IMG/VR virus record: IMGVR_UViG_3300013131_000042 | Coordinates: 3,962-67,961 of that record | Origin: a virus | Reading direction: 5' to 3' (one strand) | Length of the DNA: 64,000 bases | Shown: positions 37,601 to 46,750 of the stretch, piece by piece | Layout of the letters: every line of letters starts with the position of its first letter | How positions within the stretch are numbered: the stretch's first letter is position 1 | Notes under the pieces: generated by a model | Database searches by the model: none | Seen by the model: only the letters and a program-made list of their open reading frames with translations | Told to the model about the DNA's origin: nothing | Program-made: the position numbers and the translations under genes

Positions 37601-38366
37601 CCCGCCCTTCCCCGAAGTGTCGCACGCATCTATCAGCCTCTCTGACGTAGACATTTCTGGATACCAGACGGAGACGGCTGTTCCCCAGGGAGCCGCCATC
37701 GGCTCGTACGCAGTAGGCTCGGACTCCATTACGGTAAATAACTCTCGTCCAAATGTAGGTCGCGGTATTTATTTTGGGGCGCCGAACACCGCGCCTAACG
37801 CGAAGTATGCAGTGCTTACTATCAACGGCTGCGCACTGCTGCCCGACAACTCCGCGGACGGCAACGGTATGAGCGGCACGATTACTGTGGACTGCGGGGC
37901 AGACCAACTCACCGTCTGCAATAACACCGTTGCAGGCAGTGCTGTCGGCAACGATGGACCGGTCACCGTCGCACAGTACGACGCGGACTATGCGGGCAGC
38001 ATGGAACTGACGGGAAATGTATTTGGATGTTTTGGCCCAGACGGCACGTCTCCCGCAAGCGTAAGTCTGAGGTTCTTGTGCAATTTCTGGCCTCTCGGTG
38101 CACAGGTGGTGCCCCGTGCCGTGGTTTACGGGAACGCGTGCCGCAAGTCTCTCGGAGGTACCGGCACCGTGCAGTACGGCATCTACTTCAATAACAAACG
38201 TATTAGCGCTTCCGGCACGCTTCCCAACACCGATCAGATCACCCTGTCGTCTGTGAACGGGCGAGGGCTTGCCACAATCGAGAGCGGCTACGGAAACACT
38301 CCTATGCACTTTGTTAAGGGCTCTCAAATTGTCGATAACGACGCCTTCCTCTGGACGGATACCTGA
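34623..38366 (+). CDS. Tail fibre/spike with baseplate-attachment N-terminus and beta-helix (pectin-lyase-like) body
   Basis: N-terminus F..VVFQRGR.L.D.ELNE.Q (DUF4815/DUF6519-like); GDF...IQ.A...VKRGTY start of a beta-helix. Confidence 0.75.
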   Translation: MADITKDSFNEANDFTKVVFQRGRDLMDFELNEFQDILRVFSARLGQVGVGLWQAAASISYPYSSDNGLEVVVSPTSTPNEVQINAGTFIVDGIVQDYLLPTTFVLPAPAGTIQYDIVYIAVVESEVADPNAVPQIGPTTVRRQLTTTVLTYRTASLPFDPSFPVNPATWLWQGQTRYYPIAVVTRPALTAVVTAADILDLRRQTPSRTLAEAARVADFKLEALITPSLETPVRDVNGIDNQLIVDINKNNSASLIALNDVLTVRSRQQSGSAQTMATLTRYATTTTGVAGRLALGTNYALYGTSTLRLQDDNIVNTGYPAPVTDKFVRLSSTANGASVLRIGEQGAVVQNTTLALSSQNLLKSINGRVHVSVGDGTVSFGDFNGSNAIQLAMDFYVAAVAAGAVIGSYEIDVKRGTYVIASTINIPVNSVITLTGDNARSTVVQVLLAAGSGFALLTNSAVEFRRLQVEGGGSTTALVSVGSGVSFITEDCIFEAASFGVVVQGATSLLFMRTLFRASPGVADTPLVQLRVGATVSGGDYVFKDCGFYTQGTNDIPIVRVQGSGSYATSSSIRSVQFIGCSAALGGGINTGSAFNPSAVNTGLLDFVPNGANINNVYSKTGVDRVVIRDCSISATATATTDCLTALRITANRVGDFSGILFTSGFLTVDYLQITGLTVTIDGTTGLSAVNTISPVIIGLYHAHIDIEDVTIQSVTSSVGGANNGKIPYDAYTYFTPDGAVAPAPNTGAKALNAIAGVESAAVAIANRWFGAVHYALTEIATRNPQPTTLISNLRIFGFERGGTSVHSCGGELLVHASGTYAYISDLEVSNYKNSSATTRLFAPESRVRLMTTRVEISGVNKPIMDARRVNMTGYYARQGAVVSLSITNPGSGYTDGFYAGYVTSGAGSDLRVNALVQGGVVTQVQIANPGYNWTVSNVVSVVLPTGTGAQFTVTAVSPASQWLSGSSFTGASGQLSSVSDAAYLLLSDRTTNPPFPEVSHASISLSDVDISGYQTETAVPQGAAIGSYAVGSDSITVNNSRPNVGRGIYFGAPNTAPNAKYAVLTINGCALLPDNSADGNGMSGTITVDCGADQLTVCNNTVAGSAVGNDGPVTVAQYDADYAGSMELTGNVFGCFGPDGTSPASVSLRFLCNFWPLGAQVVPRAVVYGNACRKSLGGTGTVQYGIYFNNKRISASGTLPNTDQITLSSVNGRGLATIESGYGNTPMHFVKGSQIVDNDAFLWTDT

Positions 38367-38368
38367 CT

Positions 38369-38671
38369 ATGGCTGACCCCGTTACCGCCGTTAGTGGAAT
38401 TCAAGGACTCACTGGGGAAATCACGGTCCCCGTCCCTCCCAACGCCCCGGCGGCGATGGGTCCAGCAACGCTGGTGGGAAATGCGGGTCTGGTTCTGCAA
38501 GCTAGTCCGTCGAATATCGCGCCTGTTTACGTGGGCAACTCGACTGTGACTATCAGCTCTGGGCTCTGGCTTTTGCCGGGGTCCTCCATGTTCATCCCCG
38601 TCAACGACGCCTCGGACGTGTACGTGATTGCCGCGGTGGCGGGTCAGCTCGTTCGCGGAATGGAGCTGTGA
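38369..38671 (+). CDS. Small beta-rich virion protein (paralogue A)
   Basis: LQA..N..VYVG...L.PGSS..IPV...VYV pattern shared with the next gene. Confidence 0.65.
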   Translation: MADPVTAVSGIQGLTGEITVPVPPNAPAAMGPATLVGNAGLVLQASPSNIAPVYVGNSTVTISSGLWLLPGSSMFIPVNDASDVYVIAAVAGQLVRGMEL

Positions 38672-38672
38672 G

Positions 38673-39011
38673 ATGAGTGTTGTTACCCACGCACAAGGCT
38701 TTCCTGCAAGTGGCGGCATTGGCGCAAACGTCGGCGCCAGTGTCGCAGCATCAGGCAATATCTCGGTCACTACTGCTGTAGCCCAGCTGGTGCCTTTCCC
38801 GGTACGCAAGGCAATTGTCGGAGTGCTGATTCAGTCACGGTCGACCAATGCGGCGATTGTTTATATTGGGCCGTCTACGATGAGCGTAGCAGGGGATGGT
38901 GGTGTCGAACTGCGCGCAGGTTCGTCAATTTTCTACCCTATTAGTGAGGTAGATTCGCTGTATGCAGTTGCCGCAAGCGGCACGATGACGGTGGCAGTTC
39001 ACTGGGTGTAA
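38673..39011 (+). CDS. Small beta-rich virion protein (paralogue B)
   Basis: IQS..N..VYIG...LRAGSS..YPI...LYA; GGAG SD before ATG 38673. Confidence 0.65.
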   Translation: MSVVTHAQGFPASGGIGANVGASVAASGNISVTTAVAQLVPFPVRKAIVGVLIQSRSTNAAIVYIGPSTMSVAGDGGVELRAGSSIFYPISEVDSLYAVAASGTMTVAVHWV

Positions 39012-39021
39012 GAGGTAAACA

Positions 39022-42000
39022 ATGTCTGGTCTGATTTACATCGAGAATCCCGAGCTTGTCGCTGGTGTTAGTGGCTCGGGCACGATCAACCGTTTGCCTC
39101 TGTGGACCGGCATCTCGACGCTCGGAAACAGCGCACTCACCCAGCTGGGGACGTTGGTCGGCGTAAACGTAGCGGTACCTACAGCGGGTTTGAGCCTGCC
39201 TGCTGGTACGACGGCTGCGGCCTCGATGAATTTTGCGACCGGATCGGCGCCCACGACGCCTAACGCGGGCGACTTGTGGTTCGACGGTACGTATCTCTAC
39301 CTTCGGGCAGGAGGCATCAACCAGCCGCTCAACGCGCCGTACGGCACGGGTACGCAGGACCGTCTCAGCAAGTGGGGACCCGGCGGCCTTGGCTTGACGG
39401 ACACTGTTATCGTTCAAGATAACTCTCTCGGGTACATGAATACCCGCGTCGTTACGACGACGGAAACTAACGTGCTTGCGCTCGACTCAAATGCGGGCGT
39501 AGGTCGTAACTTCACCTTCCGCAGCGGTGGCCTCGACCGCTTCGCGATGCGGGTAACCGGGACAGAGAGCGGCAGCGACACGGGCGGTGATTGGTCGCTC
39601 CGTCGCTACGATGACGCAGGCGTGTCTCTTGGACAGCCGCTTACGGCTGTACGTAAAGACGGACGTGTTTATACGAGCGATAACTTCGGTGCGGGTACGG
39701 ACCCGGGCACCGGTAGCGCTATTTTCTCCTTGACGGGGCTCGTGGGCGGTAGTGGTTACGCGGCTAGCGCATCTGGTGTGGCGCTGACGGGCGGCTCTGG
39801 TACCGGCGCTACTGCGTCTATTGTTGTCAGCGGTGGTGCCGTTACCTGGGTCAACCTGGAGAGCCCCGGACAGGGGTATCAGGCCGGTGATGTTTTGTCG
39901 ATTACTGGCGGCACTGGTACTATCCAAGTGCTGTCTGTCTCGAAGGTGTCTCGTGTATCGGGACTGCTGTCCGCTAGCGGCCGTATCGGCGCAGGAACGA
40001 CCCAACCAACCGCAGGCATTGACTCAAGGTTTGGCGCGGTCGTCACTGGATGGCAACGTCGATCGCAAATCCTCTCGTCAGGAACAATCACCACCGCTGA
40101 CGCCTACATGCTGACGATCGGCGGAAACGGTCTCGAAGATATCGACGTTTCTAGTGCGACGACCCTGACAGGAATCGGTGTCTTTCCGCGACTCACGTCA
40201 TCAACGTCGCGCGCCGTGAGTGCAATTCGCGCCGAGCCACAGCTAGTTGTTACGTCGGGTAGCACGGCTAGATTCTCCCTCGTGTTCTCTGGTCTTTTGC
40301 AGCGTTCCAGCGCAACGGATCTCAACACAAATACAAATCTGCGAGGGATGCAGCTTAACGTCGGCAATAACAATGCCGCGGTTGCGTACACGACACCGGA
40401 AATTAGCGGCGTTCTGGTTTTTGCCAACAATACCCAGGCGGCGGGCTCCGTCGTCACAGCGCAGGATGGGTTTCGTGCGACGATCTCGCAGGGAGTGACT
40501 TCCGCGGGAACCGTAACTACTTCATCGCTTTTTCGTGGTGTTTTCTTCAACGTAAGTTCCGTTGTCTACACGACGTTCTACGGCCTGCGGCTAGAAAATG
40601 CGTCGATCACGGCGCCGGGAACGCGCCCAGTCAACTACTGGGGCATTAGCCAGGAGGATGCGTTTGCCAAGAACGTCTTCGCGGGCAGTACCGCCATTGG
40701 TCTGGCTGCAGGTACGGTAGCCGCTGCTTTCTTGGAACTTGCGGCGGGAACAACTGCCTCGGCACAGATTCGTTTTCGTACGGGTGTTGCCCCCTCAAGC
40801 CCTGCGACGGGTGACCTCTGGTTTGACGGTACGGACTTCAAGGCCCGTAATGGCGCCGGTACGCAAACCGTCGCGTATGTCGGAGGCCCTGGTGTAGGCA
40901 CTGTTACGGGCTCCGGCACGTCCGGCACCATCCCCCGCTGGACGGGCGCAACTCCGTCGACGACGTTGGGGGATAGCGTCATGGTGCAAGTGGGGTCCGG
41001 CATCGGGCTCGGCACCTCGACGCTCTACACGGGCACCAAGCTGCAAGTCGCAGGGTCCGGCGGTATCGCCGCGATCACGTCCGAGGACACGAACGGCGGC
41101 GGCAACTTCCTGCGTTGGCTCGCCGACACGACGAACAACCCGCTGATCAACTGGACGACGGGCAGCGCGCTGCGCTTCGCCACGTCGACCAGCGCCTTCG
41201 GTACGTTCGCCGAACGCGCCCGCATCGACTCGTCGGGCAACCTCAGCCTCGGCGCAAGCCCGAGCAGCGGAAATCGCATCCTTCTTGGCGGCATTGGAAG
41301 CGGTACGAGCTACGTGAAGGCGAACGAGGCTGTTGTCCAGATGGGCAACATCTTTGCGGGCACTCTGCAGCTACTGACGAATAACTCGCCGCAAATGACG
41401 GTGACCAGCGTTGGCGATGTGGGTATCGGTACGAACAGCCCCGGCGCCAAGTTGGACGTTAACGGCGCTGCGCGTGCCCAATACGGCGTTTTCACGGCAG
41501 GCGTCTCTGCCTTCCTCTCGACGACGGGCGCACTGTACACGTACTACACGTCCGGCACGGGAATCGTTGCGGCGTTTGCGGATAACAGCAGTACAGCCGC
41601 TCCGCTTGACCTGTTTTCGGGCAGTGTGCGCGGTCTGCGCGTAACGACTACTGGTAACGTAGGTATTGGACTCACTGTTCCGCAGACTCGTGCAGAGATT
41701 AACTACGGCACGTTGATTGCGGTTGCGCCATCTACGCCAAACACCACTACTGCGGTCACGCTGAGCGCCAACGACCCTGGCACTACGGCGGCGGGCAGTG
41801 GCGTACTTATGCAGCTGCGGCCCATCACTAACCGTGGTGCGGCGGTGGCTATTGGTGCAATCAACGAGAGTACGAATAAGGACGGTGGCGGCGCTCTCAC
41901 GTTCTACTACAACAACGGTAACGGTACTGTAGCGGAGGCAATGCGGCTGTCGTCGGCTGGTAATCTCGGTATTAACGTTACGCCAAACGCGTCATACAAA

Positions 42001-42978
42001 CTGCATGTTAACGGCACGATTGCTGCGTGGGACGGTACGAATGGACGCGTTGCACTGACACCGTCCGGTTCAGCACTTACGGGCTACGTTGACTGGCGTA
42101 ACGGTGCAGGTACGCGCCTCGGCTACATGGGCGGCGGCAGTTCTACAAACCTGAATCTCAACCTGGAGAACAGCGCTAACCTGCTGATCAGCGGCGGCAA
42201 CGTCGGCATTGGGATAACAACTTCTCCGAGTGCAACTCTTGAGGTTGGCCGAACCACGCTAGGGGTTGTTGATATAAGGCTTAGCAGCGCTGGAACAGCG
42301 TACATGAATTTGTACGCGGGCAGCGGTGTCGGAGCCGCGGTACTTATGTCTGTGCAACCTGAGCCCCTTGTTCTGGGAACGGCAAATTCCGAAAGAATGC
42401 GCATTGACTCTGTAGGCAACGTCGGCATCGGTGGCACGCCTACGACGTACAAGTTGGAGGTGCTCAGCTCGGATCTGAGTGTCTACGATGTGCGGGTCGG
42501 GCGTGGCGCTGCGGGAGATGATCAAAGCACGGTGGTTGGTCGTATCGCACTTGCGTCCAATACGACGGGTGGCAAGAACACGGCCATCGGCTATGCCACT
42601 CTGAACCTTGCCTCGACTGCCAACTACACGGTCGCTATCGGAGCCCAGGCATTGCAACTGCAGACCGGTGGCGACGGTAACGTAGCCATTGGTTATCTGG
42701 CAGGCGGTGTTCTTACGACCGGACAAAATAACACTATTATTGGTACTAACGCCTGCGTAGCAAACCTCATTACAGGTTCTAGCAACATCGTTATTGGTTC
42801 CGGTGCGGACACGCTGTCAGGAAGCGCAAGTAACAAACTTGTTATTGGCAGTAGCGCGAACTACGTCGCTACGGATGGTGGACCTACGACCTACTACGCT
42901 ACCGCAGGTTCGTCTGATGGTTACATCATTATAAATCTAAACGGCAGAGAAGTAAAAATCGAAGTATTTAAGGTCTGA
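39022..42978 (+). CDS. Long tail fibre protein
   Basis: 1318 aa Gly/Thr/Ser-rich with repeated GNVGIG, MRIDS.GN and GDLWFDGT modules and C-terminal N.AIG repeats. Confidence 0.85.
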   Translation: MSGLIYIENPELVAGVSGSGTINRLPLWTGISTLGNSALTQLGTLVGVNVAVPTAGLSLPAGTTAAASMNFATGSAPTTPNAGDLWFDGTYLYLRAGGINQPLNAPYGTGTQDRLSKWGPGGLGLTDTVIVQDNSLGYMNTRVVTTTETNVLALDSNAGVGRNFTFRSGGLDRFAMRVTGTESGSDTGGDWSLRRYDDAGVSLGQPLTAVRKDGRVYTSDNFGAGTDPGTGSAIFSLTGLVGGSGYAASASGVALTGGSGTGATASIVVSGGAVTWVNLESPGQGYQAGDVLSITGGTGTIQVLSVSKVSRVSGLLSASGRIGAGTTQPTAGIDSRFGAVVTGWQRRSQILSSGTITTADAYMLTIGGNGLEDIDVSSATTLTGIGVFPRLTSSTSRAVSAIRAEPQLVVTSGSTARFSLVFSGLLQRSSATDLNTNTNLRGMQLNVGNNNAAVAYTTPEISGVLVFANNTQAAGSVVTAQDGFRATISQGVTSAGTVTTSSLFRGVFFNVSSVVYTTFYGLRLENASITAPGTRPVNYWGISQEDAFAKNVFAGSTAIGLAAGTVAAAFLELAAGTTASAQIRFRTGVAPSSPATGDLWFDGTDFKARNGAGTQTVAYVGGPGVGTVTGSGTSGTIPRWTGATPSTTLGDSVMVQVGSGIGLGTSTLYTGTKLQVAGSGGIAAITSEDTNGGGNFLRWLADTTNNPLINWTTGSALRFATSTSAFGTFAERARIDSSGNLSLGASPSSGNRILLGGIGSGTSYVKANEAVVQMGNIFAGTLQLLTNNSPQMTVTSVGDVGIGTNSPGAKLDVNGAARAQYGVFTAGVSAFLSTTGALYTYYTSGTGIVAAFADNSSTAAPLDLFSGSVRGLRVTTTGNVGIGLTVPQTRAEINYGTLIAVAPSTPNTTTAVTLSANDPGTTAAGSGVLMQLRPITNRGAAVAIGAINESTNKDGGGALTFYYNNGNGTVAEAMRLSSAGNLGINVTPNASYKLHVNGTIAAWDGTNGRVALTPSGSALTGYVDWRNGAGTRLGYMGGGSSTNLNLNLENSANLLISGGNVGIGITTSPSATLEVGRTTLGVVDIRLSSAGTAYMNLYAGSGVGAAVLMSVQPEPLVLGTANSERMRIDSVGNVGIGGTPTTYKLEVLSSDLSVYDVRVGRGAAGDDQSTVVGRIALASNTTGGKNTAIGYATLNLASTANYTVAIGAQALQLQTGGDGNVAIGYLAGGVLTTGQNNTIIGTNACVANLITGSSNIVIGSGADTLSGSASNKLVIGSSANYVATDGGPTTYYATAGSSDGYIIINLNGREVKIEVFKV

Positions 42979-42987
42979 GAGGAAATC

Positions 42988-43302
42988 ATGTTTTCTACCA
43001 TCACTCCCGTTAACGTTTACCCCAACGCCTGCTCTGTCCTGTCCGTAGACCAAGCGGTCGTGCGTCTCGGTATGGGCGCCACCGTCTACTGGCAGCTGTA
43101 CACGGCGGAAGGGCTTCAGACGCAGTCGAACACCACCCCGATGCCTGCGGAAGTCTACGCCCAGTGGGGCGATGACGATAAGTTCGCCTTCGAGTGGCTG
43201 GCTCAGAAGGAAGGACTTACCATTACCGGCCCCATCACCATGGACCCGCCCTGGATGCCTCCCGCGCCCGAGCCTACGCCGGAACCTGCGCCTGAAGGTT
43301 GA
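42988..43302 (+). CDS. Putative fibre assembly/accessory protein
   Basis: Directly after fibre; Y..WG.DD motif, Pro-rich tail. Confidence 0.55.
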   Translation: MFSTITPVNVYPNACSVLSVDQAVVRLGMGATVYWQLYTAEGLQTQSNTTPMPAEVYAQWGDDDKFAFEWLAQKEGLTITGPITMDPPWMPPAPEPTPEPAPEG

Positions 43303-43376
43303 TCCCTTCACAAAACGCGTAGACGTGTTACCGTGCCAAAGCTAAAGCCGTAGAGGCCCCAGCAAAGGAACCGAAC

Positions 43377-43592
43377 ATGACCCCGACGCCTGATCAGAAG
43401 CAGATTGAGACCCAGAACCGTGCCCTCTCCACGCTCGTGGCGGCGGCGCGACTTGCCCAGTCCAAGGGCGCCTTCACTCTCGAAGAGTCGACGGCTATCC
43501 TTGAGGCGATTCGCGTGTTCGAACAGCCGCCCCCGGGCGCTGCGCCGCAGGCTTCGGCCGAAGTCGTGGCTCCGGCGGCTGGCACGGCCTGA
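43377..43592 (+). CDS. Small hypothetical protein
   Basis: AAGGA SD; LV.A..LAQ.KGAFTLEES segment. Confidence 0.6.
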   Translation: MTPTPDQKQIETQNRALSTLVAAARLAQSKGAFTLEESTAILEAIRVFEQPPPGAAPQASAEVVAPAAGTA

Positions 43593-43613
43593 CCGACACG
43601 ATGTGATAGAACC

Positions 43614-43647
43614 AGGGCAGAGGCTACGGTCTCTGCCCTTTTTGTTT
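43614..43647 (+). terminator. Rho-independent terminator
   Basis: AGGGCAGAGGC-TACG-GTCTCTGCCCT stem with c(UACG)g tetraloop followed by a T-rich tract. Confidence 0.8.
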
Positions 43648-43656
43648 GGAGGACCC

Positions 43657-44604
43657 ATGCCCCAGCCCGGCGATACGGTAGAACTCTACCGAGATATTAC
43701 TGAAAACGGTATTCGCACAGACCCCGCGACTCTAACGCTCACGGTTACGACCCCGTCTGCGGTCTCCACCGTGTACACCTACCCATCGTCTCCGAACATC
43801 ACGAAGACGGAGACGGGTAAATTCAAGGCGGCAGTCACCGTCAACGCCGCTGGTATTTGGGCCTACACGTGGGCCTCGACGGTGCCCACGACGACGTTCA
43901 CGTCCAAGTTCCAGGTTGACCCGCTGTTCGAGAGCGTGACTTACACGGTCACGAATCTCGTAGGCGGCGCGGCTTTGCCGAACGTACTGCTGGAGTTTTT
44001 CGACTCGTCCTCGAACTTGGCTCCGAGGGCTACGGCCAGGACCAACGCGCTTGGGCAAATCACCGCGCGCCTTCTTCCGGGCGTCTACCGTGTGGAGGGG
44101 CAGCTGACCAAGGCGGCGCCGCTCCGCACGCAAATCACCGTGCTCGACACCAATGGTGTCACGCCGCAGACCTTTGCGGGCACGATGTCGCTCTACACGA
44201 TTAACAACCCTGTTGCTGCGCAGGTCTGCCGCCTGTTCGGCTTCATGGTCGACAGCCTTGGCGTACCGCTTCGTGGTGTCGAAGTGATGCTGACCACGGT
44301 CGGCATGGGCTGGAACAAGCCCTTCGTCAACGGGCAGGCCACCGGTATCGACCCGCTCAACCAAGCTGTGGCCACCCAGTGGCGCAGCGTCTACACCGAT
44401 AACAACGGCTTTTGGGAGACGGATGTGCCCGTGGGAGCGCTGCTGCGGGTACGAGTTCCTGTAATTTACTACGACAAGATTTTCCGCGTACCGGAGGAGA
44501 CGACGCTGAACATCAAGGATGCGCGCACCGACGCTCTTACGATGGATACGGGGATCACCAATGAGGTGCCCTATACCGGTGGCTACGCGGGCAATCCGCA
44601 CTGA
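43657..44604 (+). CDS. Ig-like/carboxypeptidase-regulatory-like domain virion protein
   Basis: GGAGG SD before ATG 43657; DP.TLTL.V..P...G.W.Y.W, TNALG...L.PG.Y and TDNNG.W transthyretin-like repeats. Confidence 0.65.
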   Translation: MPQPGDTVELYRDITENGIRTDPATLTLTVTTPSAVSTVYTYPSSPNITKTETGKFKAAVTVNAAGIWAYTWASTVPTTTFTSKFQVDPLFESVTYTVTNLVGGAALPNVLLEFFDSSSNLAPRATARTNALGQITARLLPGVYRVEGQLTKAAPLRTQITVLDTNGVTPQTFAGTMSLYTINNPVAAQVCRLFGFMVDSLGVPLRGVEVMLTTVGMGWNKPFVNGQATGIDPLNQAVATQWRSVYTDNNGFWETDVPVGALLRVRVPVIYYDKIFRVPEETTLNIKDARTDALTMDTGITNEVPYTGGYAGNPH

Positions 44605-44612
44605 GGTAGACC

Positions 44613-44861
44613 ATGCACGAGAAGGTAGAAGTCTGGATGGCGTTTGCTTGGCCTGCGATCAGCTTTGTGCTGAACGCGTTCTGGGCGCAGAAGACGGAGG
44701 AGTGGTGGCAGGAGTGGGCAGAGCCGAAGGGCTTTGGCGGCATGTGCCTGCTCACCTTCAAGTCCATCTGCCAGAAGTACGGGTCGGACTGCGGTCCTGA
44801 CCTGAACGCTTTGAAGAGCCGCAAAAAGCCTGAAGAAACGACGAACGACCAGCCTGTTTAA
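44613..44861 (+). CDS. Small membrane protein (possible holin)
   Basis: GAGG SD; one N-terminal hydrophobic helix, charged C-terminus; end of structural operon. Confidence 0.45.
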   Translation: MHEKVEVWMAFAWPAISFVLNAFWAQKTEEWWQEWAEPKGFGGMCLLTFKSICQKYGSDCGPDLNALKSRKKPEETTNDQPV

Positions 44862-44869
44862 TAAACTTG

Positions 44870-44917
44870 TTGACTGCGCGTCCTCTGGCTGTGTAGAAAC
44901 TACTACGTTTCTGACAG
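44870..44917 (+). promoter_or_regulatory. Candidate sigma70-type promoter of the replication module with overlapping inverted repeat
   Basis: TTGACT at 44870, weak -10 (TAGAAA) 18 nt later; AGAAAC/GTTTCT inverted repeat 44895-44912. Confidence 0.35.
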
Positions 44918-44932
44918 TTCAGAGGACGCAGC

Positions 44933-46327
44933 ATGTTGATTCGCCTGAAGCGCCGGGAGAGCCCGGCTGACGTAATCGTACGCGGGGCCATGGTGCGCGC
45001 CCCCAAACACCTTGTGAACATCGACAAGGTCCGCAACGACCTGAAGCTCAGGAACGCCGCCTACTGGCAGGCCATGCAGACCGGAGCCCCGACGCAGGGC
45101 CTGGAGCCCTTCCTGGAGCTGTTTCGGGAGACGGACGAGTGGGTCGAGGTTCCTCGGCACTACCCCCTGCCCTTGCTCGCCCCAGCGCCTGCCACGACCA
45201 CGCAGGTCCTCACGGGTCGACCACTGCAGGCGGGGCCGCTCTCGAAGATTGAGCCCCGGGACGAGGTGCAGGTCGAGTCGGTGGACGCGCTACTGGCGGA
45301 CCGGACCGACAAGATTCTCGCGCTCGGCTGCGGGAAGGGGAAGACGTTTGTCAGCCTCTACTCGGCGGCAAAGGGGAAGCGTTACCCCATCCTGGTGGTC
45401 GTCCACACCAACGCTCTCCTCGACCAGTGGCGTCAGCGCATCACAGACTTTCTGGGGATCGAGCCAGATGATGTCGGCCACATTCAAGGTCCCACTGTCC
45501 GCTGGAACGGGTACGGGATCGCGGTTGCAATGCTGCACAGTCTGGTACAAAAGCAGTACGAGGACGGCTTTTACAAGTACTGGAATTTGGTCATCTTCGA
45601 TGAGGTTCATCGTATCGGGGCCAAGACGTTCATCCAGGCTGCTAGCATGTTCAACGCCGAGCGCTGGGGCCTTTCTGCCACCCTGCAGCGTGCAGACGGT
45701 ATGGACAAGGCCATCCACCTGCATCTCGGACCGGTAGCCTACGAAGACCTGCGTCAGCCGCTGGAGCCGACCATCTACTTCGTGCCCACTAACCTGCAGA
45801 TTAATATGCAGCGTTACATCTTCCGTGGTGGGCGCGTTAATTTGGCGCAGCTGATGACGACGCTGGCGGACCACCCAGTGCGCAACCAGAAAATCATGCA
45901 CTGGCTGGACAAAGCAGTGAAGGATGGGCGTACGGTGCTCGTGCTCGGGGAGCGCCTGAGCCAGCTGTCAACGCTCTGCGAGATGATGACGAGCACGGAA
46001 TCGAAGGCCATTCACGTGGGTTCGATGACGCAGGAAGAGCGCCGGGATGCGCTGACTAAGCAGGTGGTCTTTGCCACGCAGCACTTGGCGAAGGAGGGGC
46101 TCGACCGGCCCGCTTTCGACACGCTGTTCATCCTCATCCCGTTCGGCGGAGATGGCCGTCTGCAGCAGTCGGTAGGCCGTATCCTCCGCACGTTCGATGG
46201 CAAGAAAGACCCAAAGGTTCTGATTTTCGAGGACGATATTAGTATCATCAAAGCCCTCGGAAATAAGATGAGGCGTAACTTGAAGAAGATGGGCTATCCC
46301 GCAAAAGAGCTGAAGAAGAAGGAGTAG
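44933..46327 (+). CDS. Superfamily 2 DExH helicase (UvsW/XPB-like)
   Basis: GCGKGKT, DEVH, LSAT, EGLD, QSVGRILR. Confidence 0.92.
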   Translation: MLIRLKRRESPADVIVRGAMVRAPKHLVNIDKVRNDLKLRNAAYWQAMQTGAPTQGLEPFLELFRETDEWVEVPRHYPLPLLAPAPATTTQVLTGRPLQAGPLSKIEPRDEVQVESVDALLADRTDKILALGCGKGKTFVSLYSAAKGKRYPILVVVHTNALLDQWRQRITDFLGIEPDDVGHIQGPTVRWNGYGIAVAMLHSLVQKQYEDGFYKYWNLVIFDEVHRIGAKTFIQAASMFNAERWGLSATLQRADGMDKAIHLHLGPVAYEDLRQPLEPTIYFVPTNLQINMQRYIFRGGRVNLAQLMTTLADHPVRNQKIMHWLDKAVKDGRTVLVLGERLSQLSTLCEMMTSTESKAIHVGSMTQEERRDALTKQVVFATQHLAKEGLDRPAFDTLFILIPFGGDGRLQQSVGRILRTFDGKKDPKVLIFEDDISIIKALGNKMRRNLKKMGYPAKELKKKE

Positions 46328-46330
46328 TAG

Positions 46331-46750
46331 ATGAGTATCAAGTTCGAGGTGCGTGACCGGCTGTACGAGGGATACAAGCCCTCAAAGCCTGCCCGATGGG
46401 CGATGGTCGAGCGGAAAGGGCGACGCATGTTCGTCCAAGAGCTGAACGAGGAGATTGAGCTGTTCTCCATCAAGACGCTCGCAGAGGCGCTCGACCGGGA
46501 GCAGAAGCAAATCTACCTGTGGGAGAAGGAGCGCAGTTTTCCGAAGCCGCTCTTCGAGATCGCACAGGATAAGTCTCGCCGTTACTACAGCCACACGCAG
46601 GTGCTGAACTGCCACCACCTGTGGCGCCGCAAGTATAACGGTATGAAATACTTTAAGAACACGGACTTGTTCTTGAGCTTTATGGCCGACATTAAACGCG
46701 TGTTCTACGCACGTACCCTGGTAGTTGGAGCGAACGGAGAGTTGCCATGA
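46331..46750 (+). CDS. Putative HTH DNA-binding protein (MerR-like)
   Basis: FSIKTLAEALDRE..QIYLWE....PKP......RRYYS. Confidence 0.6.
   Translation: MSIKFEVRDRLYEGYKPSKPARWAMVERKGRRMFVQELNEEIELFSIKTLAEALDREQKQIYLWEKERSFPKPLFEIAQDKSRRYYSHTQVLNCHHLWRRKYNGMKYFKNTDLFLSFMADIKRVFYARTLVVGANGELP

Noticed and set aside
19461-38366. Stand-alone eCIS or tailocin locus
   Set aside because: Capsid, portal, terminase and replication genes are present, and no Afp15-type AAA+ ATPase is in the tail cluster.
39022-42978. Diversity-generating retroelement or invertible fibre cassette
   Set aside because: No reverse transcriptase, invertase or near-identical nucleotide TR/VR repeat seen; the repeats are diverged at protein level.
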